A program made the translations under genes and the position numbers. From NCBI GenBank assembly GCA_043228905.1, contig JBHGNT010000003.1, positions 14,632,001 through 14,696,000 on the forward strand: a DNA stretch of 64,000 nucleotides, in the 5' to 3' direction. Origin of the DNA: Azolla caroliniana (Eukaryota > Plantae > Polypodiophyta). Below the pieces are notes generated by a model. The model was not told the origin of the DNA. It ran no database searches and worked only from the letters and a program-made list of their open reading frames with translations. Positions 37,358 to 49,520 of this stretch are shown here, piece by piece; within the stretch, counting starts at the first letter, position 1; every line of letters begins with the position of its first letter.

Positions 37358-40300
37358 ATGGACAAAGGAATGGCTAGCTCACTTCCGACGGAGAAGCTCA
37401 ACAAAACCAACTACACATCTTGGTCCTACAAGATGCACCAGTACCTGCTTGGACACGGTTACTGGAGCTATGTTGATGGATCAAATGACACATCACCCGA
37501 TTCGACACACAAAGACTTCCCGGCGTGGGAATAATCGGCGAGCAGAGTGTTGTACTGTTCCGCGTCTTGTGTGGGCGAACAACTATTAAGCTACGTTCGG
37601 GATGCAAAAACGCCGAAGGGTGCGTGGGAAAATCTGAAGAAGATCTTCGCCGCGAGCACCACAGCCAGGAAGCTTCAGCTCCGACAAGAGTTGAGCAACC
37701 TACGACAACGCGATTTGTCGGTGGCTAACTATACCTCGAAGATCAAGGACATATGCGACTCCTTAGCTTCCATCGATGTGAACATCGAGGAAAGCGAGAT
37801 GGTCCAGGTTTGTCTCGGGGGTTTGGCGTCAAAGTTCGGAGCGTTCCGAACTGCTATGTGTACACGGGAGAATACACCATTGTTTTTCGACTTACAGTCG
37901 ATGCTCCTTATAGAGGAGAACGACGCGGGTGCATCGACAAGCATGCATGCCGACAACAAGATGTTGTACACGGAGGGAGAGAGGCCCTGTGGTCGTGGTG
38001 GACGAGGCGAGTCGGTATGCAATGGAGGCGGCCGACGGGATCAAGGAAGAAGGCACCGAACTGATGCCGACAACAATTCTGGACCCTTTGGAAATAGGGG
38101 GACTCGAAGCGACGAGAACCGGCAAGGGAAATCCACCGCGGAATGCTGGTATTGTGGCAAGAAAGGCCATAGGGAGAGCGAGTGCTGGAAAAAGCGCACC
38201 GATTCGGAGAGAACCGGGTCCGGAACAGGTTCCGGACAGACCGACAAAGGAAATCGGCAATGATCGCACTATGCCGAAGGATCCGGAGAAGCTGGAAAAG
38301 GGTCACTCTTCATGACGAGACATGAAGCAAACTCAATGAAGAATATCACCCCGAAGTCGGAGGAGGTGTGGTACGTCGACTCCACCACGTCCAATCACAT
38401 GACGTGCCACGATGAGTGGTTCTCATACCTTGAGAAACTAACACAACCCGGAGTAGTCGCAACCGAAGACGACACTCTGCATCCGATTGCGAGTGTCGGT
38501 GAAGTTCCCTTGAGCCATGTCGAGCAGGAAGGGAAACTTATGAACGTGTTACACATCCTAACAATCACGAAGAATCTAGTGTCAGTCAAGTAGATCGTCG
38601 ACCAAGGGATGCAGGTTTGGTTTACACACCTCGGGTGCTTCATTGAGGAAGAAGGCCGTGTTATTGAGCAAGGGCACCAAGATGGGAGGATGTTCATCCT
38701 CGACTCTACTGACAGTGGCACCGCAATGTTCGCGAAGGGACAAAAATTCGAGTCGGACATCGATTTATGGCACAAACGGATAGGCCACATCAACTACCAA
38801 CGGCTTCAGGACCTGAAATCGAAACAGGTGGGCACAAATTTGTGAAGCCTGCCAGCTTGGGAAGCAACACCGACTTCCCTTTCCCAACGAGCATAACCAG
38901 AGCCGGAACAAGCTCGACTTGATACATTCCTATGTGTTGGGGCCAGCACAAAACGTTAGTCTTGGCGGGAGCCGATATTTCGTCTCCTTCATTGACGACT
39001 ACACGTGGCACACGTGGATCTACCTCATTGAAAGGAAGAGCGAAGTCTTCGACTGTTTCTGGGACCTCAAAGGGTTCGTGGAAACAGAAACAGGAAGGAA
39101 GATCAAGTGCCCACGGTTGGATGGCGGAAAAGAATACTTTTCTAGTCAATTCAACGGTTATCTACAACATATGGGAATTCGGCACGAATTTAGTTGTAGA
39201 TACACGCCGGAGCAAAACGGCCTGGCCGAGAGAAAAATCGGTCGGTTGTGGAACCGGCGTGGGCAATGCTGGAAGAAAAGAGCTTGCCGAAGTTCTATTG
39301 GGCCGAGGCGGTATGAACCGCGGTATACATCCAGAACCAAATCGGAGACAAAGTGTCGGCGCATGAGCTATATTTTGGAACGAAGCCGAACTTGCGACAC
39401 TTACGAGTTTTCGGTAGCATTGCGTATGTGCATGTGCCGAAGGAAAAACAGAGGAAGCTGGACGCAGAGGTTGAGAAATGTATCTTGGTCGGTTACTCAG
39501 ACGAGCAAAAGGGTTATAAGTGTTATAACCCGCGCACCAAACAAGTGCGCGTGAGCCGTGACGTTGTGTTTGACGAGTCCGCGTCCTGGTACTTGCCTCC
39601 GACTCCGGACCTCACCTCCAATATGAGTTCTGACGATGAGGTCAACGAGGCCGACATGCCTCCGGATGAGCCTGAAATCGGGACCTGTGAAGAGAGTCCG
39701 GTTTCGTTTCGGTTAAGTGGACTGAATGAATGATTGAGTCAACGAGTAGTGGACACTTGGCCGTGCATTCACCGCGCAGAAAGCCGAGGAGATGGCTTAT
39801 GCGCCAGGAAAAAGGGAAGAAGAAGGTGTCGGATTACGACACAGATAGGAACAAGGTCAGACCGACGTGAGTCCGACTCCGATGGCAGCGGTGATGGGTC
39901 TTCAAGACGGTAGTCCGCGTCGGCCGAGAAGACCTCGACATCGGCTAATGACCGATTACACCGATCTACCCACCAGAAGAAACCAGTTGTGCGGTTCGGA
40001 TACAACGAGTACATGGCGCATCATTATGCGTACATGACCCGTGTCGCGGAAGTGCGTGAGCCAGAGAGCTACAGAGAAGTGGTTAACGACGCAAATTGGT
40101 GCGCCATGATGGAGGAAGAGATGCACGCATTGGCGGAAAACGAGACTTGGGACTTGGTTGACGCACCGAAGGGTGTGAAGCCGATCGGATGTAGGTGGGT
40201 GTACAAGGTCAAGTACAACACCGACGGCTCGGTCAACCGATACAAGGCCCAGTTAGTGGCAAAAGGCTACGCGCAGAAACACGGCATCGACTACGATGAG

Positions 40301-41151
40301 ACATTTGTGCCGGTCACGAAGATGACGATCGTCCGTGTTTTGCTCATGGTAGCTGCGGCAAAGGGGTGGCACTTACATCAGATGGATGTAAAGAATGCGT
40401 TCCTACAAGGCGAGCTTGAGGAACAGGTGTACATGGTACAACCCCTCGGATTTCACTCCGGAACGAACACGTCGGTAGTGTGTCGATTGAAGGAGTCCCT
40501 TTACGAACTGAAGCAAGCCCCGCATGCCTGGAACGCAAAGATCACGCAGCAACTGCGTCGGATGGGTTTTGCAATGTCAAAATCAGACTCTTCCCTGTTC
40601 ATCCAAAAAGGTCGACTCGGTCCGGTCAACATTTTACTATATGTTGATGACTTGGTCATCACCGGCACCGACCTAGGTGAAATCGACCGGGTGAAGCTTC
40701 AGCTTGCGGCATCATTTGACATGAAGGATCTGGGGGACCTTCATTACTTCCTCGGGATCGATGTGATCTGCACCCCGGAAGGCATACTTATCAACCAACG
40801 TCATTACACGCTGAATATGCTCTTCAAATTTGGGATGGCAAACTGTAAGTCCGTCTCGACTCCTCTAGATAGAACCGTCAAACTTCGCCCCAATTTCGGA
40901 AAGGTATGCGACCCGACGAGGTTCCGACAAATTGTCGGAAGCCTTATCTACTTGACAATCACCCGACCCGATCTCAGTTATCCGGTCGGGGTGATTAGTC
41001 AGTTCATGGCGTGACCTACCGAGGAGCACCTTCAGTGTGCGCAATGTGTATTGCAGTACGTCAGCGGCACTAAGGACCTGGGACTGCTATATCGGACCGG
41101 TACAGCCTCGCAGTTGGGCGGCTACACTGATGTTGATTGGGTTGGCAACGT
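37358..41151 (+). pseudogene. gag-pol: Copia E gag-pol with multiple stops and frameshifts
   Basis: MASSLPTEKLNKTNYTSWSYKM, CWYCGKKGHRESEC, WYVDS, LWHKRIGH, HQMDVKNAFL and LYVDD motifs. Confidence 0.93.
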
Positions 41152-41757
41152 TGTCGTGAAGAAAACCGACCATAGGCGGAATCGAAGAAAAAGGCGCATG
41201 AACCGGCTCTTACACGGGTGGACGCGAGGATTGATATATTGTACATAACTCGTAATTAGGGCGACTGGTGTAAATACTAGGTAGTGCACATTTATTAGGG
41301 GATTTTGTGCGTATCTCTGTCGACAGGGACAGGGAATAAAGCAGTTCGGTTGAGGAAAAGGGGCACGCCTTTTGGGAACTATTTAAGGAGGGAGAGAAGG
41401 AAGGAACGAGGATCACGTGCTAGGGAGGACGAAGTGCTGCTGCAGACCAGAGTGCCGAGCTCTCTCTTCTCCTCCGGTCGTCGGTCTCTGTGGGTCGGGA
41501 GTTCGCTGCCTCTGCTTCGTGGACAGCCCGTGCGCTTCCAGCAGAGGCTCTCCCCCTTTGTTTTGTTTCTGGGAGTCAAGTGAGTGATGTATGTGTGTGT
41601 GAGTAGGATCCCCGTGTCGGGTCCATCTCCGCCTTGTCGGTTGTAACCGTTAGAGTCGTATTCTCTTGTAACCTCTTATATTCTCTTGTTATTGTAATCT
41701 CTTGTTATTGAAATCTCCCCTTCTATATCTCCCCTTCTTACTCCGCGTATCTACAAA

Positions 41758-41789
<32 letters not shown>

Positions 41790-41858
41790 GCTCCTCGGTT
41801 CAAGACCCCCGTGGTCCCGCCCCCTTCTACACGCACTCGCGTAACAACACGACATATT

Positions 41859-41876
41859 TGGTGAACCCGACGTGAA
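41859..41876 (+). promoter_or_regulatory. Primer-binding site complementary to the plant tRNA-Trp 3' end
   Basis: Reverse complement of ...TTCACGTCGGGTTCA-CCA, the 3' end of plant cytosolic tRNA-Trp as I recall it. Confidence 0.85.
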
Positions 41877-41899
41877 CGAGGTGGCAAAGGAGTCGAAAG

Positions 41900-44800
41900 A
41901 TGAGGGGATCGGAGCTAGCAGAGGCAATGGCGGTAGCCGTCGACCGGCTGGTAAGCGCTCGTGAGGGGACGGGTACCCTCGATAGAGCCATTGAATCGAT
42001 CGTTGACACTATAGGCCAGTTTGGAGGGAAAGACGCCACAAGTTATTTGGAGACTTACCGGGCCAAAATGATCATGAGGGATATCCCGGTGGACAGGCAG
42101 CTGTCCGGATTCCCTCGGGTGGTGACGCCGAGCATCCACGCGGAGGTGCTCGAGGTGCTGGCCGGATGCCAGACTTGGGAGGAGTTCGAGATACAGCTCC
42201 TCGAGAAGTATGGGTTTGACGACTCTCTTTGGCTGTCGAGGCGGGACTTCATGGCGTGGGTGGAAAGCCCTAGAAAGGGGAGGAAGACGTCGGTGCTCCT
42301 CTAGGAGTTTGAAAAATGGTTCCCGTGGCTGTCGACGCGCTCAATAGAGAAAAGGTGGGTCCCCTATTGGAATTGGACGAAGGCCTCACGGCAGATTGGG
42401 CCGTGGTAAAACGGGTCTGCAGCCGTTTCAACAAACGGCGCGATTGGAGCAACAGAAGCTCGTCGGGGTCAGGGCCAGTCCCAGGGAGGAGGCTCGAGGA
42501 GCCAGTATCGGTCCGGCCGGTAGGAAGGAAGAGACCCGAATCTAGCCAGAGTCGGGGCCGGTAACGAAGGACGTGGTCAAAGGCCCATCCGGAGGAGCGG
42601 CTCTGGAGGAGCTAACACAGATGGTGCATGACCTGCAGATCGCACAGGCCCGGAGAGACAGCGGCGAACAACCTCGCGACCGGAGGCCACCGGCTGGGCA
42701 GTGGTGCATGTGGTGTGACGCAATCGGTCACATTTGGAAGGATTGCATGGATTTCGCCGACACGCTCAGGACCAACGTGGTGTACCTCTGGAACGGGTGG
42801 GTGCACGCGAGCGAGACCCGGAGAGCCCTAGAATTGAATACGGGGCGCGGCGGAATGAAGAGGTTGATGGAAGAGACCGCGGCACGGCACGTCAAAGCCA
42901 TTAACTACTCAGTGTCGGCGGGAATTCGGGTCGGGGGTGATGAGACCCGGAAGGCGAAGGACTCCGGATTCTAGCCGCTAGTGCTAGAAGGCCTCTCCAG
43001 AGTTCAGCTGAAGAAGGAAGAGGCGGACTGCGCAGAACAATGGGTCCAGGAGGTCACCGGTTGGGACGATCCGGTCGAAGAGAAGACGGGCTTCGTAGAA
43101 GCCGCTTGCAAGAACTACGAGGTTCTGGTGGAAGACAAATGGGCAGGAAAGGCCAGAGGGGTCGGTCCCCCGCAGAGGTACGAGCCCCGGTTCAGACTGA
43201 AACCGGCCGGTGCCGGCAACCCAAGGGTGTCGGATGGGAAGACGCATGGGGGGTTTCGGTTGAGCACCGAAATTGAGAGAGCAACGGACCTACAGAAGGT
43301 CCTTGAAGACGGATCCTCGACCGTAAAGTGGAGTTGTCATTGCGGGAGGTGCTGGGAATCGCCAAGAGGGAGTTCCACGACTCTATCGTAGACTTGGTGA
43401 AGCGGAAGAGGCTCTCGACGGATCCGGAACCGGAGAAGCCGGTGGAGGTGCGGACCACGCACTTGGAAGACAAAGCCCTAGAAGACGAGTTGGTGGGAAG
43501 CCACTACACGAAGCCGCATTCGGCCAGGGCAACTACGGAAACCCCTGTACAGATCGGCAACGTTCTAGAACCGATGGTGGCGCTGGTAGACCATGGATCC
43601 GAAATCAACCTGATGTCCATGGATTTCTACAAAAAGGGTAAATGGCCGATAAACATCAAGCACGGCTGGAAGATACGGGCAGCGACGCATGCCACGGAAG
43701 AACTACATGGGGCCTGTCCGAACGTACGGGTGAAAATCGGCGATGTCGAGATCGACCAACACTTCTTCGTGCAGGAGACGTCCTCGCATCCAGTTATACT
43801 AGGAGAGCCATACATCACATCACGGTGGCACGGATGGAGACCAAGGTGCTGGACAACGGTTCGGCCTATCTAAGAGTCAAGAGCCAGGACGGGCGTCACT
43901 CGGTCCAGTTCCTGACGGTGTGACCAAACCATGAGCGTAACCGCAAGGCCCTCGGCGGCGAAACCTGAGGGGATTTTTAGAGAGGGCTATCAAGGCGTGG
44001 GGCTGCGATAGTCCAGACATTCGGGAAGAACCCAGCGGCCGGGAGAGGAAGCGAGAGGAGGAGCGGCTCAGGGGATGCAGAGTCCTCTTCCCCGACGAAG
44101 ACATCAGCGGTGCCGTGGAGGCGGTCTCTTTTGACGACACCTTGGGCGAACTGTGAAAGGTGATCGGTGAAGACCTTAGAGAAGACCAGACCGTTCCGAT
44201 AGGGTCAATGGGAATGTACGAAGTCATCGCGGAGTTCGGGGAAAGCATCGGGTCGAATTGGATGGCCCGCGTGGATACAAAGTACAAGATTGTGGACCGG
44301 AAGGTGAGGCCAGTCGCGGCACCCTTGCCGGAGGGCAGCGAGGAGCGGATAAAAGGGGTCGCGTCGGACCCAAGTTTATGGAATCCGGCTGGCATAGGGC
44401 ACCGGTCCACCGACATAACGCTACGGGAGCTCAAGGTTGGTGGGGGTGGCTTCCTACTGCCGGCGGAGGAGAACAAGTTTCGGAGAATGCTCGAAAGGCA
44501 TAGGAAAGCCTTCGCATTCTCGTCGGAGGAGATCGGGTGCGTGGACCCGACCGTCGTTGAACCGATGGTGATCTTCACGGTACCGCATGTACCGTGGAAT
44601 CTCAAACCGATTCTGGTGCCGAGAGCTCACATCCCGAAGTTGATGGAGCTTCTGAAGCAAAAGGTGGAGATGGGCATCCTTGAACCGTCGAGTGCCCCGT
44701 ATTCGAATCGGTGGTTTACGGTGCCGAAGAAGAACGGAACAATGCGCTTCATCCAGGACTTGCAACCGGTCAACAAGGTGACCATCCGTAACGCAGGTAT

Positions 44801-47380
44801 CAGACCAACCATAGATGAGTTCATGGAGGCCTTCGCCGGAAGGTCGATTTACTCTGTCGGTGATCTGTACTCATGGTACGATCAGTTCCAACTAGCCGTG
44901 GAGAGCAGAGACATTACGACGATGCGGACCCCTCTCAGCCTAGTGCGGATGTGTACCCTACCACAAGGAGGGACGAACTCAGTGGCTCACATGGTGAACG
45001 CGATGAACAAAGTGCTCAGGGATTGTATCCTGCACATCACCATGCCATTCTTAGACGACATCCCGATCAGGGGATGCCCGATGGAGGAAAAGGACGAGGC
45101 AATCGGACCGGACGGATGTTGGAATTTCGTGGCGACTCACATCGATGACTGCGAGAAGGTGCTGCAGAGACTAGAAGGCGCGAGGCTCACCTTCTCCGGG
45201 GAAAAATCGGCCTTCGGGCAATCAAAAATCATGGTCTTCGGGCACCTATGCGGACCATACGGTCGGAAACCGTCTCCGGCCAAGGTGGAAGCCATCTCCG
45301 CGATGAAGCATGACTGCAATTCGGTCACGAAGGTACGCAAATTCTTGGGAGCATGCGCGTTCTACCACATCTGGATCCCACACTACGCACATGTCACGGA
45401 ACCCCTCTGCGGACTATTGAAAAAGGGGTGTAGCTTTGAGTGGAGGACAGAGCACACAGAGTCGGTACGGAGACTAAAGGAGGCGCTTACGGTAGCGTCG
45501 GCTCTCCGTAAAGCGGTTTACGGCAAGGATGTTCCCATCTGCGTGACGGTGGACACCAACCCAATCGGGATCAGGTGGGTAATCAGTCAGGAGGACAAGG
45601 ACGATGTACGATTCCTAATCCGGTTCGGGGCGAAGGTATTGAGCGAGCGGCAACAAGGATACGCCCAGTCAAGGCCGACAAGGATTATCTGATCGGGACG
45701 AAGGTGATCATCGAGACGAACTTCCTGCCGATACTCGGCATGGTTTCCGGATGCGCGACGCCGGACCTAGCAATGCTCCGGTGGATAGCGTACATTAAGT
45801 CCTTGAACCCGGAGATACGGCACATCTCCGGAAAGGACAACGCCATGGCCGACATGCTTTCGAGGGCAAGGTTCAATGACGAAGACGACATGGTTTCGGA
45901 TGACGAAGAAGTCGGCGAGGACTTCTTCGGGTCGGCTAACGTAACGACGAGGAAAAGGAACACTCTGGTGCTTAACGAATTTGACGAAAGCAAGTATGAT
46001 GGGGAGTGGCTCCAAATCGGGAGGTTCCTAAGGACGATGACGCCGGACGCAGCATGGGCGAGAAAGGAGGCGAGCCGGGTACGGAAGAAGGCGTACCGAT
46101 TCTTCCTGCGGGACGGGTGCCTATGGAGGCACCCAAAGAAGAGAAGCGGCATTCCACTCCGAGTACTGGCAAAGAAAGAAGAACAAGGGAAACTATTTGT
46201 AGCATTTCACGAGAGCTCCTGGGCCGAACACCGCGGAACGTGGGCCACGCTCGAGAAGCTGAAGGAGAAGTACTAGTGGCCGGGGCTGTACCAGGACGTG
46301 CATCATTTCGTAACGACTTGCAAAAGCTGTCAGATGCACTCCGTAGTCCGACATCGGGACGAGCTACGCCCGACCTACCCGCCTACCGTCCATTTCAAGT
46401 GGATGGTGGACTTGGTGACGATGCCGATGGGGGTAGGATAGATGCAATACCTGGTGCTTGCACGGGAAGACTTAATGAACCAGGTGGAAGGTCGTGCATT
46501 GCAAAGCAAGACAACCGTGGTGGAAGGTCGTGCACTGCAAAGCAAGACAACCGCAGCGGTATGCTGGTTCCTGATTGAAGAAGTAGTGTGTTGGTACGGG
46601 TGTGTCGGGAGGATCGTGACGGACCGGGGAGAGTTGTGTGCGCGAGAAGCTGAGGAGTTGTTCGACCGGCTAGGCGTCAAAATCTCCCTCACTACGGCGT
46701 ACAATCCGGAGGCGAACGGAAAGGTGGAACGGGGGTACGGGCCGATCGTAAAGGCGTTGGTGCGTGCATGTGGAGGGTAGGTCGGGAATTGGCCGCGGCT
46801 CCTTCCTTACACACTATGGGCGGACCGAACTACGCATAGTTCAGTGACAGGGTTTATGCCGGTAGAGCTTATGTACGGACTGAAGCCGATCATGCTGGTG
46901 GAACGGATGGTTTCTTCATCGGCGGTAGTAGATTGGAAGGACGAAATGAGCCAGGAGGAGTTGCTGGCGGTGCGGATCCGGCAACTCGAGCGGAGGCCGG
47001 AGGACGTGAAACAGGCGAAGGAAAAGCTGCGGGCGGCAAGGGAGCGGAACAAGGCCCGGTTCAACCGGATGAACAGGTTGCGACCAAAGAAGATCGAGGA
47101 AGGCGACTGGGTCTTGGTATACGACAGCAACCTCGATAATCAACAAAAGGCGGTGCGAAAGTTTGCCAGGAGGTGGTTCGGGCCCTACATGGTGACGAGA
47201 GCGAACGACAACGGCACGTACCACCTCGCAGAACTCGACGGGACATGGTTAGCGGTGCCAGTGGCCGGGAAGCGGATCAAAGCATTCAAGAAGCGGTTCA
47301 AAGACGAGCCGGAGCCTGCGAGCGGGAGTGACAACGACGATCAGTTCGGCCCCGGCGGAGAATCGGAGAGCAACGAGTGA
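41900..47380 (+). pseudogene. gag-pol: Gypsy F gag, protease and pol
   Basis: CMWCDAIGHIWKDC knuckle, LVDHGSEINL, FLDD, NAMADMLSR, integrase core and GPY. Many premature stops. Confidence 0.93.
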
Positions 47381-48887
47381 GGCCGGATTTCTTCGGTATC
47401 TACCCATCTCTGGCACATGCTGGTGGATGCGTGGTTTGGTGGGGGTGGATGTCGTGAAGAAAACCGGCCATAGGCGGAATCGAAGAAAAAGGCGCATGAA
47501 CCGGTTCTTACACGGGTGGACGCGAGGATTGATATATTGTACATAACTTGTAATTAGGGCGACTGGTGTAAATACTAGGTAGTGCACATTTATTAGGGGA
47601 TTTTGTGCGTATCTCTGTCGACAGGGACAGGGAATAAAGCAGTTTGGCTGAGGAAAAGGGGCATGCCTTTTGGGAACTATTTAAGGAGGGAGAGAAGGAA
47701 GGAACGGGGATCGCGCGCTAGGGAGGACGAACTGCTGCTGCAGACCAGAGTGCCGAGCTCTCTTTTCTCCTCCGATCGTCGGTCTCTGTGGGTCGGGAGT
47801 TCGCTGCCTCTGCTTCGTGGACAGCCCATGCACTTCCAGCAGAGGCTCTCCCCCTTTGTTTTGTTTCTGGGAGTCGAGCGAGTGTTGTCTGTGTGTGTGA
47901 GTAGGATCCCCGTGTCGGGTCCATCGCCGCCTTGTCGGTTGTAACCGTCAGAGTTGTATTCTCTTGTAACCTCTTGTATTCTCTTGTTATTGTAATCTCT
48001 TGTTATTGAAATCAAGTGTTACGTTCTATATCTCCCCTTCTTGTTCCGCGTATCTACAAATCTCTCTCGCTCTCTCTCTTTCTCTCTCGCTCCTTGGTTC
48101 AAGACCCCTGTGGTCCCGCCCCCTTCTACACGCACGCGCGTAACAACGCGACAACGCCGCCGATCACCGATCCACGTCCGGATATGCATTCTCTCTTGGG
48201 AGTGTTGCGATAGCATGGAGCAGTAAGAAGCAGCCGATAGTTGCATTGTCGAGGACCGAAGCTGAGTATAAAGAAGCGGATGTCGCGACATGCAAAGCCA
48301 TATGGTTGAACCGGCTACTTAAGGATCTGCAGGTGCAGTTGTCCGATCCAACGGCTATCTACTGCGACAACCTCAGCAACATCCAACTCACCAAGGTGTG
48401 GAGCCAAGAGAAACTGGAGTGGTGATCCGGAAGATCCCGAAGAGCCTCAAGTTGAGCTTGAGGGGGAGTGTTGAGAGACAAGCTCAACATCGGCCGGATC
48501 AATTGAGCAAGCCGAGGACCGGATCGGTTGGGACCGATCAGTTGGAAACCGGTACGCAGACCAATGCGTAGGAAGGCCGGATCGGTGCGGAAACTGGGAG
48601 GCCATCGGAAAGATATTCCACAAGGAATATATTTGGGAGTTAGTGTAGGGGCTCCTCAATGAGCATTGAAGTACTGTCAGTACTTCTGTTAGTCTGAAAA
48701 GGACTTGTATAAAAGTGATCCTTGAACACACACGATGTACAGATCGAGTATCATTTTTTGAGTTAAGTTCTTGTGGTTACTCTCTCTCTGTCTCTCCCAT
48801 GCGTACTTTGCAAACCGAAGCTTTCCATTAAACCTGCGTTTTCTGTTGTTCGGTTTCCTATATTGCTTCCGCACGCCATTCTTTTCA

Positions 48888-49520
48888 CCTCCACTGTATT
48901 CGTGTGCTCTTTCATTTTGGTGACATTGCATTTGTTGGCCTTTTCAATCCATTCGGTGTTCTGTTTTTGTATGGCCTCTTGTGCTTCCCACTCCACCGTC
49001 TTTACTTTTGATCTGGTGGTGACTTGTTGTATATCCGCTACTTCGGCTACCACCATATTGACTACCGGTCGTTTTTCGTTACTTTTAACCGAACATTGGT
49101 TGCTGTAATGGCCTTCCTGGTGGCAATAGTAACAATACGCCTTCTGGGTATTGCTAGATTCTGCTTTTGGCCCGGTACCCGGTTGAAATCCAGTTACCGC
49201 TCGGTTAGGTTCTTCTGTTCTTCTTTGTTCCAGTTGGGCGCTACTTATGCCTCTATTTGGCTCTCGTTGGTACTCCTTTGCCGGCTCCCAACGATCCTCT
49301 TTCTGAAAGTTCTGTTTCTTAATAAAGTGTCTGTTGTTCTTGTAACCTTGTCGGTGCTGGTCTTCGTAGTCTCCTCTTTGGTCCTCCCTCGTCTGGTTGT
49401 AGCTTGGAGAGTAATCGCGACCATACCGGTCACCGTTATAATCTTGGTTCCTATCATACCAGTCTTGGTCATAAACATCCCTTCTACGGTCGTAATCCGG
49501 GGAGTAGTCCCATTCATACC
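48888..49520 (-). pseudogene. gag: Gypsy C gag C-terminal fragment with Zn knuckle
   Basis: D/R/Y-rich low-complexity region followed by CYYCHQEGHYSNQC. Lies between Copia E and Copia D. Confidence 0.8.

Larger units (their letters stand above)
41152..48153 (+). mobile_element. Gypsy 'F', structurally complete (7.0 kb) but mutated
   Basis: LTRs 41152-41854 and 47450-48153, PBS TGGTGAACCCGACGTGAA at 41859-41876, PPT before 47450, 4-bp TSD ACGT/ACGC. Domain order is gag-PR-RT-RH-INT with no chromodomain visible. Confidence 0.96.
36844..48887 (+). mobile_element. Ty1/Copia element 'E' (Bryco/RLC5-like), both LTRs, interrupted by Gypsy F
   Basis: LTRs 36844-37276 and 48469-48887, PBS TGGTATCAGAGC at 37277-37288, PPT at 48460-48468, perfect 5-bp TSD CCTCC. 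Domain order is gag-PR-INT-RT(YVDD)-RH. Confidence 0.95.

Noticed and set aside
46483-46555. 33-bp in-frame duplication in the F integrase (VEGRALQSKTT x2)
   Set aside because: Seen in one already dead copy only; likely slippage.
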